Source: Macrostomum lignano | Taxonomy: Eukaryota | Reading direction: 5' to 3' | Assembly (NCBI GenBank): GCA_002269645.1 | Contig: NIVC01004198.1 | Span: 1 to 55,713 of the forward strand | Length of the DNA: 55,713 bases | Shown: in pieces, positions 11,246 through 24,043 of the stretch | Layout of the letters: the number at the start of each line of letters is the position of its first letter | How positions within the stretch are numbered: position 1 is the first letter of the stretch | The notes under the pieces: generated by a model | Seen by the model: only the letters and a program-made list of their open reading frames with translations | Told to the model about the DNA's origin: nothing | Databases searched by the model: none | Translations under genes and position numbers: made by a program

Positions 11246-11570
11246 GCAAAGAAATGCAAAGAAGAGTTTAGAGGAAAATATATAGTATGAAATAATTCTA
11301 GATTTGAAATGATGTAAATATATTGCATTTAAGAATTGTTGAATAAGAAAAACAATTTAATGATATTTTTATCTTTAAAAAATTCAACAGTTTTGGTTTT
11401 ACTTGTTTCTAATCAAGCTTATTATTCTTTCTATAGATGTTGTATGTGTATTATAAAAGTTTGTTAAGATGATAGAACCCACAGTGTTTTAACAATATTA
11501 ACAAAGACAATGTTAAATGGCTTTCTACCTTACTCTCTACCCCACCCTACTCGCATCAAGTGCAGCCTAT

Positions 11571-12155
11571 TTTGGCAAAGGAATTTTTGGCAAAAGTGAA
11601 TTTTTAGTTTGCATAAATGTTACATATTTTGGCAAAAGAAAGTGACCAGTTTGGTGAAAAAATAAGGCTATTTAATTATAACTTATATTTACAAGTAAAA
11701 AAACTTTGGTAATTGTAGCTTTAAAAAATTATTAATTGACTGCCTTGCACATATTTGTAGTTTATAAATTAAAAAACTCATAACTTAGCCAGTGGCTAAA
11801 TGTTATCTACATGCAAATCACAATTGATAGATTAGGAATAATAGTGTGGTTTTTCAGCTTTTCAGTTGTTTAATCATACTTTAAAATCCCAATTTAATGG
11901 AATGGCACCTAATGAAACAACTTTTTTCTAATCAAACAGTAAAATTGCCACAGAATTAAACCATAGTACACTAAAAGTCTTTTTAAAGTTTGTCTTCTTT
12001 TTTGACTTTTTTCTGAAACAACAAACTCTTCACTCTTTGCTAGAGCTTGAATCAATCTCAATAAATTGTTTGCCAAAATTGCCAATTTTAGACAAAATGG
12101 TTATTGCAAAATTTTTTTGCTATTATCAACTTTGGCCAAAAATTCCTTTGCCAAA
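11571..12155. mobile_element. MITE-like non-autonomous DNA element (about 585 bp)
   Basis: 25-bp terminal inverted repeat with one mismatch: TTTGGCAAAGGAATTTTTGGCAAAA (11571-11595) versus the reverse complement of 12131-12155. AT-rich non-coding interior with further TTGGCAAAA/TTTGCCAAAA motifs. No clear TSD. Confidence 0.6.
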
Positions 12156-12202
12156 GTGAGTTGAAACCTCTTAATCCCCACTTCTTTCCTAGCAAATGAA
12201 TA

Positions 12203-13530
12203 CGAGGGGCACCCAAAAAGTTTTAGCAATTAGTCAACTATTAAAAAACAGTAACTGCAAAGAACAACTGAACATGTTACAATCCTTCAATGTAGTCTCC
12301 CCCTCTCTCAATGCACTTTTGGTGCCGCCGAATCCATGCTTCAAATGCACCATGGTACTCAGAAGCAGGTATGGCCTTAAGCTCTGAATTGATGCACTTA
12401 GCCAGGTCTTGGCATTGGTGAAAATTCTGTCCTGCCAGCCATTTAGTCAGCTTGGTGAACACCCAGAAGTCGCAAGGAACCAAGTGAAGACTGTAGGGTG
12501 GGTGGCAGATGGTCTTGATGTTGTTGGCTGCCAGAAAGTTGGTTGTCAGGGCCGCTGTGTGACTGGATGCATTGTCATGGTGCAGGTGAACTTGCCCAGC
12601 TTGAAGCCATGAGGGCTGAGTTGCATGAAGTGACGCCATGAATTGTGGCAGAACCGTACTGAAGTAGAAGTTGGCATTCACATTCTGTCCATTAGGCACC
12701 ATGATGATGGCCACGGGCCCAGATGTGCTGATGAAGACAACAAAAATCTCCTTCTGGGACCGAAAGCTGGACTGCAGGACAGTCAGCCTCACGTCTCCAG
12801 AGCCCACCCAGGCCTTGTTCTGCATCTTCTGGGACACTTGAAAATAAAAAAACCATTTCTCATCACCTGTAACAACGTCAGAAAGCCTCTGGCTGCCTCC
12901 TGGACCAAAGTTGCGCAGGAGTTCCTGGCTGCACTGCACCCTCTCCCTTTTCTGCTCTTCTGTCAGGAGGTGGGGCACCCAGCTGGCGGTGACCTTGCGG
13001 AGGCCCAGGTGGCTATGCAGGATGGTGTGCGTACTGCCATTGGAAATACCGATAGTCTCGCTAATCACAGAGATGGTAATGTTTGGATCCTCGTCCACCA
13101 GAGCCCTGACAGCAGCGATGTTGGCTTCGGTCACAGCTGTGCTAGGTCGTCCAGATTGGGGGTCGTCGTTCAAGGAGGCCCGTCCAGCGTTGATGGACTC
13201 TATCTACCGGGTGACCGTGCGATAGGAAATGGCTTGGTCCCCGACTACCTGACCAGGTCTGCATGGATTTTGACCACGCTTTCTCCAAGTTGTGAGCACA
13301 TGAAAATGTAGAATTGCTACTGGTCTGGTTGCATTGGCTCCATTTTCGGCAGAGTGTAAAACACCACCTTGCATTGGCCATGCACAAGTATAACACATTC
13401 GAGGGAAAAAAGTCATGCTCTGTGGTTGAAACCAATATATGTCTGCAATTTAGTAAAAAAATTCAACGCTTTATGATATGTACTTTTGGAGATATTAGGT
13501 CAGTTGCCAAAACTTTTTGAATGCCCCTTG
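12203..13530 (-). mobile_element. Mariner (DD34D) transposon, full length (1328 bp), decayed
   Basis: Imperfect TIRs of about 30 bp (CGAGGGGCACCCAAAAAGTTTTAGCAATT and CAAGGGGCATTCAAAAAGTTTTGGCAACT), flanked by TA at 12201-12202 and 13531-13532. Confidence 0.92.
12277..13343 (-). pseudogene. Mariner transposase pseudogene
   Basis: ATG at 13343 (MEPMQPDQ*QFYIF...IHADLV.VGDQAISYRTVTR*) has in-frame stops and a frameshift. The rest has SGRP, WVPHLL, VTGDEKW, HHDNA and HPPYSLHLVPCD (degenerate YSPDLAPxD); 34 residues separate the 2nd and 3rd Asp. Confidence 0.9.
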
Positions 13531-15262
13531 TAGTTTTAGAAGAAGAAAAGCTTCTTATTTACTCAGTAGACAAACTGTTAGTAGACAAATTAACTAGAAA
13601 CCTAATGGGTCATAGGAAATTGCCAAAGCACTTAATCTGAGAAGAGTTGGCACCAGAGGAATGTGTTAAGGTAAGAGTTGAAAAAGTTTCTATGCTTTTC
13701 AATGCCTATGTTTTTTGGTGCCTAGTGTAAAAAGAAATACTGATTTTGTTTAACTGGCATGTTTCTTTAATTTCAAAAAGTGAGTTGGTTTTTTGCATAC
13801 ATATATTAAAGCCTTTTTATATTTCTTAAAAAAAAATAATTTCAATGAAAAATTGACCTAAAAGTGATACAATTGAAAAATATAAGTTTCTTTATAAATA
13901 AATTGTCTGTATTTTAAAATGAGTTTAAATTGGTAGAAAATTTGTTTTAAATAAATTTAAGATCTAATAGAATATAAAAGTGTATTTAAAGCATTTTCAT
14001 ATTTTTATTATATCTAGCAATATGATATGTGCAATGGTAAAATGAAAAATAGCTAAAATGAACTATTTATACTATTTAGGAATATTGATAATAAAGTATG
14101 GCTTAGTTTAATATTAAATGTTTAATAATTTTTTAAAAGCAAGGGCTATATGCATTCTAGTGCACTTTAAGTGGGAGTTATACAACTAGCAAAGGCATTA
14201 TTTCTAATTCTGCTTACTTCCTAAGCAGGCACATAAGCACATAGATATATAATGATATGCATAGATATAAACTGATAAGAGTACAGTTGGGTTCATAGAA
14301 ATATGTCAAAATTCTGCGGACTCAGTTGCTGGTGGGAAACCAATTGTGGCCCCTATCGACTCCAGGGAATTCTCTGTCCTATATGTTACATTTATCTTTG
14401 AGAAAGTTGGTTTGTATAACTAAACCAACAGAGCAAGAAATTAACCTTGCTTTTGACTAAAAAATGCAATGCAAGAAAAGATGGAGAGGGGCAATAATTA
14501 AAAGCTGACAAAATCCCGTGTGGCAGCACATGATGACTGCATGGCAAAAAGCCAAAGAAAGGTCCTTCAAACCAAATGGGACTTAGAGCATGCAGTGAGG
14601 GGTTCCTAAAGAGAAGGGAAGGTGGCCTCAATGAGTGGGAAGGAATGTTAAAGGCTCCACAGTATGACCCCCACCCCAATATAGACAATTTTGCTTTTTA
14701 GGAAGCCTTTACTCAGCTTGCATTTTGTACTCATAACTGTACATAGTGGGAGTATTAGATCCATATCTATCTCAAACCCTAATAAGGGTCATGATGTGCT
14801 AAAGGAGGCAAAGTCTAGCTGGTCAAAGTCAAACTCTATCTTCTGTTCTACATTTTGAGCAGCCCCATGGCACATTAATACTTCAAACTTGGATTTAAAC
14901 TGTAATGCTGAATTTAATTCTATATGCCAGAACAGCACATTTCATGTTTTGTAGAAATCTGAAAACAACTGCTTTGTAAACAAGTGGAAACAAGTGGATA
15001 AAAGTTGTTAATGAAAATTAAGTACTAATATTTTTTGTTTGTTTAAGCAGTTCAATGTTGAACACACTTGCTTAAAATGTTTTCTTGAATTCTTAAATTC
15101 ATGTTTTTTAGGTTTCACAGCGCCAATTAGAGAACAGTTTATTACCTAATAATCCAAGCAACTAAGCACTAAAACACAAACCAGCCAAGGTAAGGAGCTT
15201 TAGGTCACGCTACTAGTAAAGCCTAATTAAAATTCAAAATAGGGAAAAAGAAGTCAAAGAAG

Positions 15263-16569
15263 ATGTCGAGCGACGAAGCCCAGAAAGCTAGCGACGAGCA
15301 GCAGCAGCAGCAGCAGCAGCAGGAACAGCAGGAGCAGCAGCAGACTTCTCCAACGCAGCAACAGGCGCAGGAGGCGGCCTCATCTGCAGCTGCCGAGGCT
15401 CCAGTCGATGCTGCTGCTGATGCTGCTGCATCCGCTTCGTCGAATGTAGCATCGGGCTCCGGCGGCCGGCAGCAGCAGCAGCAACCCCAGCAGCAGCAGC
15501 AGCAGCAGCGGTATCCCGAAACTCGCATGGGTCGCCTGGCTGGCAGCGACCGGCCCCTAACTATGCGAGAGCGGGCCAGGCTTGAAGAGATCGAAATGCT
15601 GGAGGCGGAACTGGCCGAACTTGGCGACGCCCTGCCGAATGCTAGGCGCCTATTAGAATTGGAGATTCACCGCCTGCGCTGGGGCGTCACGGATATGATC
15701 GACTTGTTGAACAATCGCAAGTGCAAGATTCGCAGCAAGGTGCTAATACCGCAGGATCAATATCCCGGCTTTAATTTTGTTGGCAAACTGCTCGGCCAAG
15801 GCGGCGCCAGCTTGAAGAAGCTGCAAGAGGAGACTGACGTTAAAATGTCAATCCTTGGCGCCGGCTCCATGCGCAACGAGCTCAAGGAGCAGGAGTGCCT
15901 GAATACCGGTGAAGCCAAATTCCAACACCTGAAGCAGACTCTGCACCTGCAGATTGACTGCCTTGCCGAGCCTACCGAAGCTTATTATCGTATTAGCCAC
16001 GCCCTGTCTAAGGTAAATTTTGAGAAGCATCGATTTTATAGTCTATTGATGGTAGTAGTCTAGAGGCCCAGCAATGATCTCCGTTTCCCCAGGTCAAGGA
16101 GGCAATGACGCCGGATCCGAACGAGCTGGCTCAGTACTATTCCAACCAGATGCAGCAGTTCAACGTTGGCCCAGGCGTGCCGCAGCCTCCGGCACCTTTC
16201 CCCGTTATGGGCGCCGGCGGTGGCCGCGGCGGCCGAGGCGGCGGCGGTGGCGGCCATTTCGGCATGCCAATCGGCGCTATGGGCGGCCCCGGCGGACCCG
16301 CTGGCGGCGGCTACGCCGGCGGCCCGATGGGCGGCGGCATGCGCGGGCGCGGCGGCATGCGCGGGCGCGGCGTCTACGCCGGCGGCCCACCCGGGGTGCC
16401 AAACGGGGGCGGCATTCACTACGGGGACAATCATCACGGCGGCGGCGGCTACCCCAAGCCTGGCTGGGCGCCTGTCTACCGCGGCGGCGGCGGTGGCCCT
16501 CGCGGCGGCTACCAGCAGCAGCAGCCGGGCGGTCGAGGCGGCGCCAGCGGGGGCTACGTCGTGTCTTGA
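15263..16569 (+). CDS. KHDRBS: STAR-family KH RNA-binding protein, Sam68/KHDRBS-like; join(15263..16012,16093..16569), 408 aa
   Basis: QUA1-like helix pair (EMLEAELAELGDALPNARRLLELEI); maxi-KH VLIPQDQYPGFNFVGKLLGQGGASLKKLQEETDVKMSILGAGSMR...AYYRISHALSK|VKEAMTPD; RGG- and Tyr-rich tail; N-terminal poly-Q. One 80-nt phase-0 GT-AG intron. Confidence 0.88.
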
Positions 16570-17789
16570 GTTTTTCGCTGTCCGGAGAGCGCTCTATGCG
16601 AGTACTGAATTGGGCTTTGGGAAGGGACCGCGGATATTCAATAACCTAGATGGGCCACTCGCTCTACTTTCTGTTCAGTAGTGGGGAAGAATGCGTTAAC
16701 TGTGTTTTATGAAAAAAAAATCTGTCGGGTTTGGAAGGGTTGAAAGTAGTGAACACGCGAATGCCCATCTAGTTGTTTTATTATCTGTGGGTGGGACAGA
16801 TTTTGTGGGGGCTACGGACAGACGGTCAGACAGGCACCCTCCGTGTTACTTGAAGCTAATCAATTTTTAAAAGGTTGCTAAATATTAACAAAATTATCTC
16901 GCTCTTGGAAGTCCCTGGTGTTCCTGTCTGCCTGTCTGTCTGTCCGGTGTCTTCGCTTCAGTGTTTGTTTCGCCCTTGCTATTTTTCTCTGTCGTCCTGT
17001 GCTGGTCAAGCCGGTCTCCGCGTGCTACCGCCAACCTCTCCCCCTTTCTCACACGGCTCGCTGCGTCAACCGTTTCGTGGTTTTTTTGATTTTCATATTT
17101 ACCTGTCCCGTTTTTATATATATATATATACCTACTTTTGTGTGCTTTTTATATACAACTGGGCGCGCCTATTGAGCTGACTGCACCGTTCCTGTTCCGG
17201 TCCCTGTGCTCTTGGCTCTGTCCGCACCCTACAGAACCGGTTACTGCATTCAACATCCCTGTGCTGGTTCCAATGCCCCGGCCGAGCTGAAACAAGTCAG
17301 CTTTGAAAGCTCGCCGCCATATCCCCCTTGATTTGAACAACCAGCGGCTCATGCTTGATCTATTTGACTTGGAAGGCGTGCTTTACTTTTTCTTCTGACG
17401 GGGCTGTTTTTGCTCCAGCTCTTCTTCTGTCTACTTTTTTGCAGACTCGAATTTCTTCAATCTTCGGTCCTGTTGTACTTTTTTTGGCTTGCCCAACCCA
17501 CCTTTCGATTCGGTTCCTTCTGGAGTCCACTTGTTGTTTTTTTGGCCTTCTTTTAATGCCAAACAGTGCAACTGTGTGCGTGCGTGTGCTCCCCGGTCTC
17601 CCGATAAATGCTGTCTTCGGTTTTTTGCTTCTTCCGTTGCGCCGTTGCTGCAGCTCTCTCTTTGTCTCTCTTTCTTTCCAGCCCCGCCCCGCAAACCTGG
17701 CATTTTACTAGCCTCAGCCATTGTGCATCCACAGGCCGCGAAGCAATGGGGATTTCTATTGATAACTTAAAAACTAATTGTCATTTTGA

Positions 17790-18317
17790 GCTGGTAGGGT
17801 TCCCCGTATCAGGTTTTGTACTGGTTGGGTTCCCAGCATCAGGTTTTGTACTGGCTGGGTTCCCAGTATCAGGTTTTGTACTGGTTGGGTTCCCAGTATC
17901 AGGTTTTGTACTGGTTGGGTTCCCATTGTCAGGTTTTGTACTGGTTGGGTTCCCAGCATCAGGTTTTGTACTGGTTGGGTTCCCAGCATCAGGTTTTGTA
18001 CTGGTTGGGTTCCCAGCATCAGGTTTTGTACTGGTTGGGTTCCCAGCATCAGGTTTTGTACTGGTTGGGTTCCCAGCATCAGGTTTTGTACTGGTTGGGT
18101 TCCCAGCATCAGGTTTTGTACTGGTTGGGTTCCCAGCATCAGGTTTTGTACTGGTTGGGTTCCCAGCATCAGGTTTTGTACTGGTTGGGTTCCCAGCATC
18201 AGGTTTTGTACTGGTTGGGTTCCCAGCATCAGGTTTTGTACTGGTTGGGTTCCCAGCATCAGGTTTTGTACTGGTTGGGTTCCCAGCATCAGGTTTTGTA
18301 CTGGTTGGGTTCCCAGC
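17790..18317. repeat. Minisatellite, 30-bp unit (GGTTTTGTACTGGTTGGGTTCCCAGCATCA), about 17.5 copies, highly homogeneous
   Basis: Direct inspection; the last 12-13 units are identical. Confidence 0.97.
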
Positions 18318-20236
18318 TGTAGCATTAATGGGCATTGAAAAAAATGTCTCATTGTTAATGCGGCAGATTCGGCTATCAAAATGGCAGTGTTCCGCGCCCC
18401 CGCCCCCACTCTGTCTGCGTCAGGCCGGCAAGTAGAATCGCATTTATGAGAACTGTTCTGTTTTTACACTTTCCCCTCACCTTTGTTGCTATGAAGATTA
18501 TTCGAGCTAGCGACTGAGCGCTGTTTAACATGTAAAACAAAACAAGTCGAGCCTTTTTTTCTCGCAACGAGGTCGCCCCTCCCCAGTCGTTTGTTATGTT
18601 TTTTTATTTGTTTTCTTCCAACTAACAAATATTTAATTAATAGTTATTTTGTTAAAGTAAGTGAATTAATAAGATCGAGAGACTGCCAGCCTAAAGTTTA
18701 TTGCTGTCTGCGCTGTTATAGCAATGTTCAGTCAAACTCAACAATGTACTGTCTAACAATGTAATGGGGAATTCAGTAGTAGGAACCTATATTATTAACG
18801 TTGAGCTCTCAATGTGTGTTGAATTTATTAATAACTGCGAGCGCGAATGCTTGCCGAGTCTGTCCAGCTGTTTAGTAGTGTCTAATTCTACTCCCCTGGT
18901 CTACCCAATGCACCCCGTTCTCTCCCCTCCCCTCTGTCTGTCTTATGTCGCTCTGCCCCAGCTATCTACTTGCTAATTTTATCAAAAATTGTTCTGTAAC
19001 ACCTTTATGCAAAGTAAAATAAATTAATAGTTGCTGATGTAATGCAAGCAAAAAAATACACCTGGTAATGTTGCCTATTGTATTGACAATTAATGCTTAT
19101 ATATACATAGGTCCGTATCCAAGGTAAATAAACCGTTACTATGCGGACTTGTCCCCATAAATTTCCCGATAATTTGTGCGTAATTATTTTATTTAAAGAA
19201 ATGTTATATAAGACCCCCTTAAAAGACTTCAATATGTTTTCATTATCAATGTTGGCCCGATTCTGCTGTTCCTATTATTGCTATATAACACGAGCGTGTG
19301 AAGCTTAAAAAACTCAAGTCGAGAAGCACCCGAGACCCAATGCATGATTGCGTAATTGAATTGTAGCTCCACCTCAAAGTCCCACGATATGCCTGCTTAT
19401 ATGAACAAGCTTATGTCCCAAGTTTGAAATTTGTAAGTCTTTATTTTTGTTGGTTTGAGTTTATTCTACTAAACTATACTATTTGTTATTAATCGCTATT
19501 TCGTTAATTGCTTGGCTATAATTACTATGAACTGTCGTTAATTTTGGTTCCGGGTTTGATTTGTCAGTTTTTCTCAAAAGTACAGAAAATGTCTTCAATG
19601 ATAGACAGTGTAAAATAGCTAATCAGTAAAGTAGGTTCGCTTTAACTACCCTTATATTAACTTTTCACACCACCCTTTACCCTCACAAATAAGGCTTAAT
19701 ACTTTGTTTACTTTATCCTATTACACTTTATAAATAGCTCCTATTATTATGATTTTTGTCATACTAAACCAAAAACAATTTTTTTTCTCTCTCTGCTTGT
19801 CATCTTGCAGTTTCCTAAACTTTAAAGTAGGCTGGCTTTGAACTATACTGCATATTTAATACTAATAGTAGTAGCTCTGGCGTGACAGGCTGCCAATAGT
19901 TGTTAAGCTAATTGTGGCGCCGCCCTCCTCCCCTTATTGTCGGATTGTTGCTGCAAAGTTTTCAAAACGTTCAATTCTAAACAGTTTCTGTTTTTTCTCC
20001 TCCTAAAAATGTCCGAAAGACTCAGTTGATATGTAGGGTTCGTTTTGCGCTGCTAATGTAAAACAAAACTTTATGACTAGCAAAACATGTGGTCATTGGT
20101 CTGTCTTGGTCTCCGTTCTTTTATTGTTAAAAAACTTTAGATCACTCTGTACAGCGGTGTGTGTTCGTTTAGGAAATCATATTAGGTCATTTCCCATTTT
20201 AAGAACAGTGTGTACTTTTGCTTGTCATACTACGAG

Positions 20237-20610
20237 TAGGTCACTCCCCTTTGAAGTACAGCGTGTCCGTTTATTAAATCCTATATACTGGGTCACTCCC
20301 CTTTAAAGGACAGCGTGGTCCGTTTGGTGAATCCTATATGCTAGGTCACTCCCCTTTAAAGGACAGCGTGGTCCGTTTGGTGAATCCTATATACTAGGTC
20401 ACTCCCCTTTGAAGTACAGCGTGTCCGTTTGGTGAATCCTATATGCTAGGTCACTCCCCTTTAAAGGACAGCGTGGTCCGTTTGGTGAATCCTATATACT
20501 AGGTCACTCCCCTTTAAAGGACAGCGTGTCCGTTTGGTTAATCCTATATACTAGGTCACTCCCCTTTAAAGGACAGCGTGTCCGTTTGGTGAATCCTATA
20601 TGCTAGGTCA
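20237..20610. repeat. Tandem repeat, 52-53-bp unit, 7 copies, ending about 110 bp upstream of the PSMD11 ATG
   Basis: Unit TAGGTCACTCCCCTTTAAAGGACAGCGTG(G)TCCGTTTGGTGAATCCTATATRC. Confidence 0.95.
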
Positions 20611-20722
20611 CTTCCGATAAATCCTATTAGATTACCCCCCCCCCCCTAATGGATTGCCTATTGGATTTTTAATCGCTTACCCGATTCTCTGCATGCTCCG
20701 GCTCGACATACTCCAATAAGAA

Positions 20723-23118
20723 ATGGCAGTTGGCGCAGTGGAAACCTTAGTCTCTAGTCTGGCCTCAGCGGCCGACCAGACTAGCGAAGAGGCCTCGCGT
20801 CGTCAGGAGACTGAGATCCTGACTCTAGGCAGGCGCCTGTTCGACAGCGGCGAGGCCCAACAACTAGCCGATCTGATTGTTGCCACCCGGCCGTTTCTCA
20901 ACCGGATGAGCAAGGCCAAGGCCGGCAAGCTGGTCAAGACTCTGCTGGATCATTTCTTAGACCTGGAGGCTGGCACCGGGCGGGAGATTAAACTGTGCGA
21001 GGACTGCATCGCTTGGGCCGATGCTGAGAAACGGAATTACCTGCGCCAGAGTCTGCAGGTTCGCCTAATGGCTCTGTTCTACAGCAGCGGCCGCTACGAG
21101 GAGGCACTCCGATTGGGCTCCAAGCTGCTGCGGGAATTGAAGAAACTCGACGACAAAATGCTGCTGGTTGAAGTGCAGCTGCTTGAGAGCAAGACTTACT
21201 ATAAGGTGAGGGCGCGTTACTAAACTTCTATCTTAAAAAGCTTAGAGCTAAGCTCTGACCCTTGGAACTAAGCACTTAACTGACTCGCTTTAATCAATGT
21301 GAGTGTGACCCTAAAATCGCCCTGAACTGAGCCGTAAGAATCTCCCTGAACTGAACCATAAGAATCGCGCTGAACCGAGCCATAAAAATCGCCCTGAACT
21401 GAGCCATAAGAATCGCCCTGAACTGAGCCATAAGAATCGCCTTGAACTGAGCCATAAGAATCTCCGTAAACTGAGCCATAAGAATCGCCGTGAACTGAGC
21501 CATAAGAATCGCCGTGAACTGAGCCATAAGAATCGCCGTGAACGAAGCCATAAGAATCTCCGTGAACTGAGCCATAAGAATCGCCGTGAACTGAGCCATA
21601 AAAATCGCCGTGAACTGAACCATAAGAATCGCCCTGAACCGAGCCATAAGAATCGCCCTGAACCAGGCCATAAGAACCGCCCTGAACCGAGCCATAAAAA
21701 TCGCCTTGAACCGAGCCATAAGAATCGCCCTGAACCGAGCCATAAGAATCGCCCTGAACCGAGCCATAAGAATCGCCCTGAACCAGGCCATAAGAATCGC
21801 CCTGAACCGAGCCCTAAGAATCGCCCTGAACCGAACTTCTCTCTCACCTACTAGCTGAGCAACGTGCAGCGCGCCCGAGCCGCCCTGACGTCGTCGCGCA
21901 CCACCGCCAACGGCATCTACATACCGCCAAAGATGCAGGCCGGCCTGGACCTGCAGAGCGGAGTTCTGCACGCGGCGGACGAGCGCGACTTCAAGACCGC
22001 CTATTCGTACTTTTACGAAGCGTTTGAAGGCTACGATTCCGTTGATTTGCAACGGCAGGCGGTCAACGCGCTGAAGTACATGCTTATGTGCAAGATTATA
22101 CTCAACCAGAGCGAAGAGGTGGGTCTTAATTTATCCGGTGCTGTTTTCCATGCGTATGATTGCCAACTTCCCAGATCCTCATGCTGAGCCAACCACCTTC
22201 CCAGATCCTTATGTTGAGGCAGCCACCTTCCCAGATCCTCATATTGAGCCAGCCACCTTCCCAGATCCTCATGTTGAGCCAGCCACCTTCCCAGATCCTC
22301 ATATTGAGCCAGCCACCTTCCCAGATCCTCATATTGAGCCAGCCACCTTCCCAGATCCTCATGTTGAGCCAGCCACCTTCCCAGATCCTCATGTTGAGCC
22401 AGCCACCTTCCCAGATCCTCATATTGAGCCAACCACCTTCCCAGATCCTCATGCTGAGCCAGCCACCTTCCCAGATCCTCATATTGAGCCAGCCACCTTC
22501 CCAGATTCTCATATTGAGCCAGCCACGCTATAAGCCCCCATTAGGCTTAGTGTCTCCCAGAGCCTGCAACGAAGCGCACCTGTATAAATTCCCATTCCAT
22601 CCATATAAATAAAGCGGATGCCCCACGCACCCTCCCGCCACCAGGTGTCGTCCATCCTGAGCGGCAAGCTGGCTCTGAAATACGCCGCCTACAGCGACGT
22701 GCAGGCCATGACGGAGATCGCCGGCAGCGTCAAGCGCCGCTCCCTGGCCGACTTTGTCGCCGCCCGCGACAAATTCAAAGCCGAATTAGACGACGATTTC
22801 GTAGTTAAGCGGCACCTGGCCACCCTGTACGACTCGCTGGTGGAGCGCAACCTGTCCAAGCTGATCGAGGCCTACGGCTGCGTGCAAATCGACCGCATCG
22901 CCGAGCTCATCGGCCTGCCCCGAGATGTTGTTGAAAAGAAATTATCCCAAATGATTCTGGACAAATCGTTGAATGGCATCCTGGATCAGGAGAGCGGCGT
23001 ACTGGTGATGTACACCCATCAGGAGGCCGACCAGACGTACGCGCGCTCGCTGGACACTATACACGAGAGCAGCAAGGTCATCGACCAGCTGTACATCAAG
23101 TCTGGCAAGCTCACCTGA
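20723..23118 (+). CDS. PSMD11: 26S proteasome lid subunit Rpn6; join(20723..21205,21855..22118,22645..23118), 406 aa
   Basis: [26 protein letters not shown]|LSN...[44 protein letters not shown], and a PCI domain ([17 protein letters not shown]...[12 protein letters not shown]...GILDQ). Both introns are GT-AG and phase 0. Confidence 0.96.
21311..21836. repeat. Intronic minisatellite (PSMD11 intron 1), 24-bp unit AAGAATCGCCCTGAACCGAGCCAT, about 22 copies
   Basis: Direct inspection; fills about 526 of 649 nt of the intron. Confidence 0.96.
22164..22527. repeat. Intronic minisatellite (PSMD11 intron 2), 30-bp unit CCAGCCACCTTCCCAGATCCTCATATTGAG, about 12 copies
   Basis: Direct inspection. Confidence 0.96.
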
Positions 23119-23401
23119 CCGCCCTGACCCCTATTGTTACCCCAGTGAAAACTGCTTTTTTGTTTAACTAAGCTCCATATAATTGCACCGTACTGCTTCG
23201 ATCTGTTGCTCTTTTCTCGTCTAAATAATCTGCAGAACAAGCTAATGCGGTAGCCCTATCTGTTATACTACATCAAAATATTTGTAATATCCAGCCTCTT
23301 TAAAGTTTAGACTCAACAACAACAAAGCGGAGACATAGCCTAGTATCAGCGCAATTTGGCTTGTCCCTGTGCCTGTCTTTATTGTCTGCAACTAAAATTG
23401 A

Positions 23402-23407
23402 AATAAA
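23402..23407 (+). promoter_or_regulatory. Candidate polyadenylation signal for PSMD11
   Basis: AATAAA about 285 nt after the stop codon, followed by AT-rich sequence. Confidence 0.45.
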
Positions 23408-23552
23408 TATCAATCAAATTAATGCAATTTTAATTGCGACTCTTCAGTCTCAAAAAAAAATTAATTAGTTTCATTATTTATATTTGGTGATAGCAGGAGA
23501 TTAGTAAACGTTTTTATAGCACTGGTAAACACAGGATCCTTATGGATATAGG

Positions 23553-24011
23553 TGTCAAAATTATCCCTGCTGATAGTAGTGTGAAAATTATCCCTGCTGA
23601 TAGTAGTGGGAAAGTTATCCCTACTGATAGTAGTGTGAAAATTATCCCTGCTGATAGTAGTGTGAAAATTATCCGTACTGATAGTAGTGTGAAAATTATC
23701 CCTACTGATAGTAGTATGAAAATTATCCCTACTGATAGTAGTGTGAAAATGATCCCTACTGATAGTAGTGTGAAAATTATCCGTACTGATAGTAGTGTGA
23801 AAATGATCCCTACTGATAGTAGTATGAAAATGATCCCTACTGATAGTAGTGTGAAAATGATCCCTACTGATAGTAGTGTGAAATTGTCCCTGCTGATAGT
23901 AGTGTGAAATTATCCCTGCTGATAGTAGTGTCAAATTATCCCTACTGATAGTAGTGTGAAAATGATCTCTACTGATAGTAGTGTGAAATTATCCCTGCTG
24001 ATAGTAGTATG
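23553..24011. repeat. Intergenic minisatellite, 27-bp unit GATAGTAGTGTGAAAATTATCCCTACT, about 17 copies, ending about 30 bp before the MIIP-like ATG
   Basis: Direct inspection. Confidence 0.95.
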
Positions 24012-24043
24012 AAGAATCGCATAAAATTTTTCATTAAAAATTC

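Noticed and set aside
14760-14980. Possible decayed reverse-transcriptase C-terminal remnant on the - strand
   Set aside because: Multiple stop codons and no diagnostic motif; cannot be supported without a search.
17215-17330. Possible alternative last exon of the KHDRBS-like gene (acceptor CCCTACAG, frame ending SSPPYPP*)
   Set aside because: No convincing donor of matching phase near the end of exon 2.
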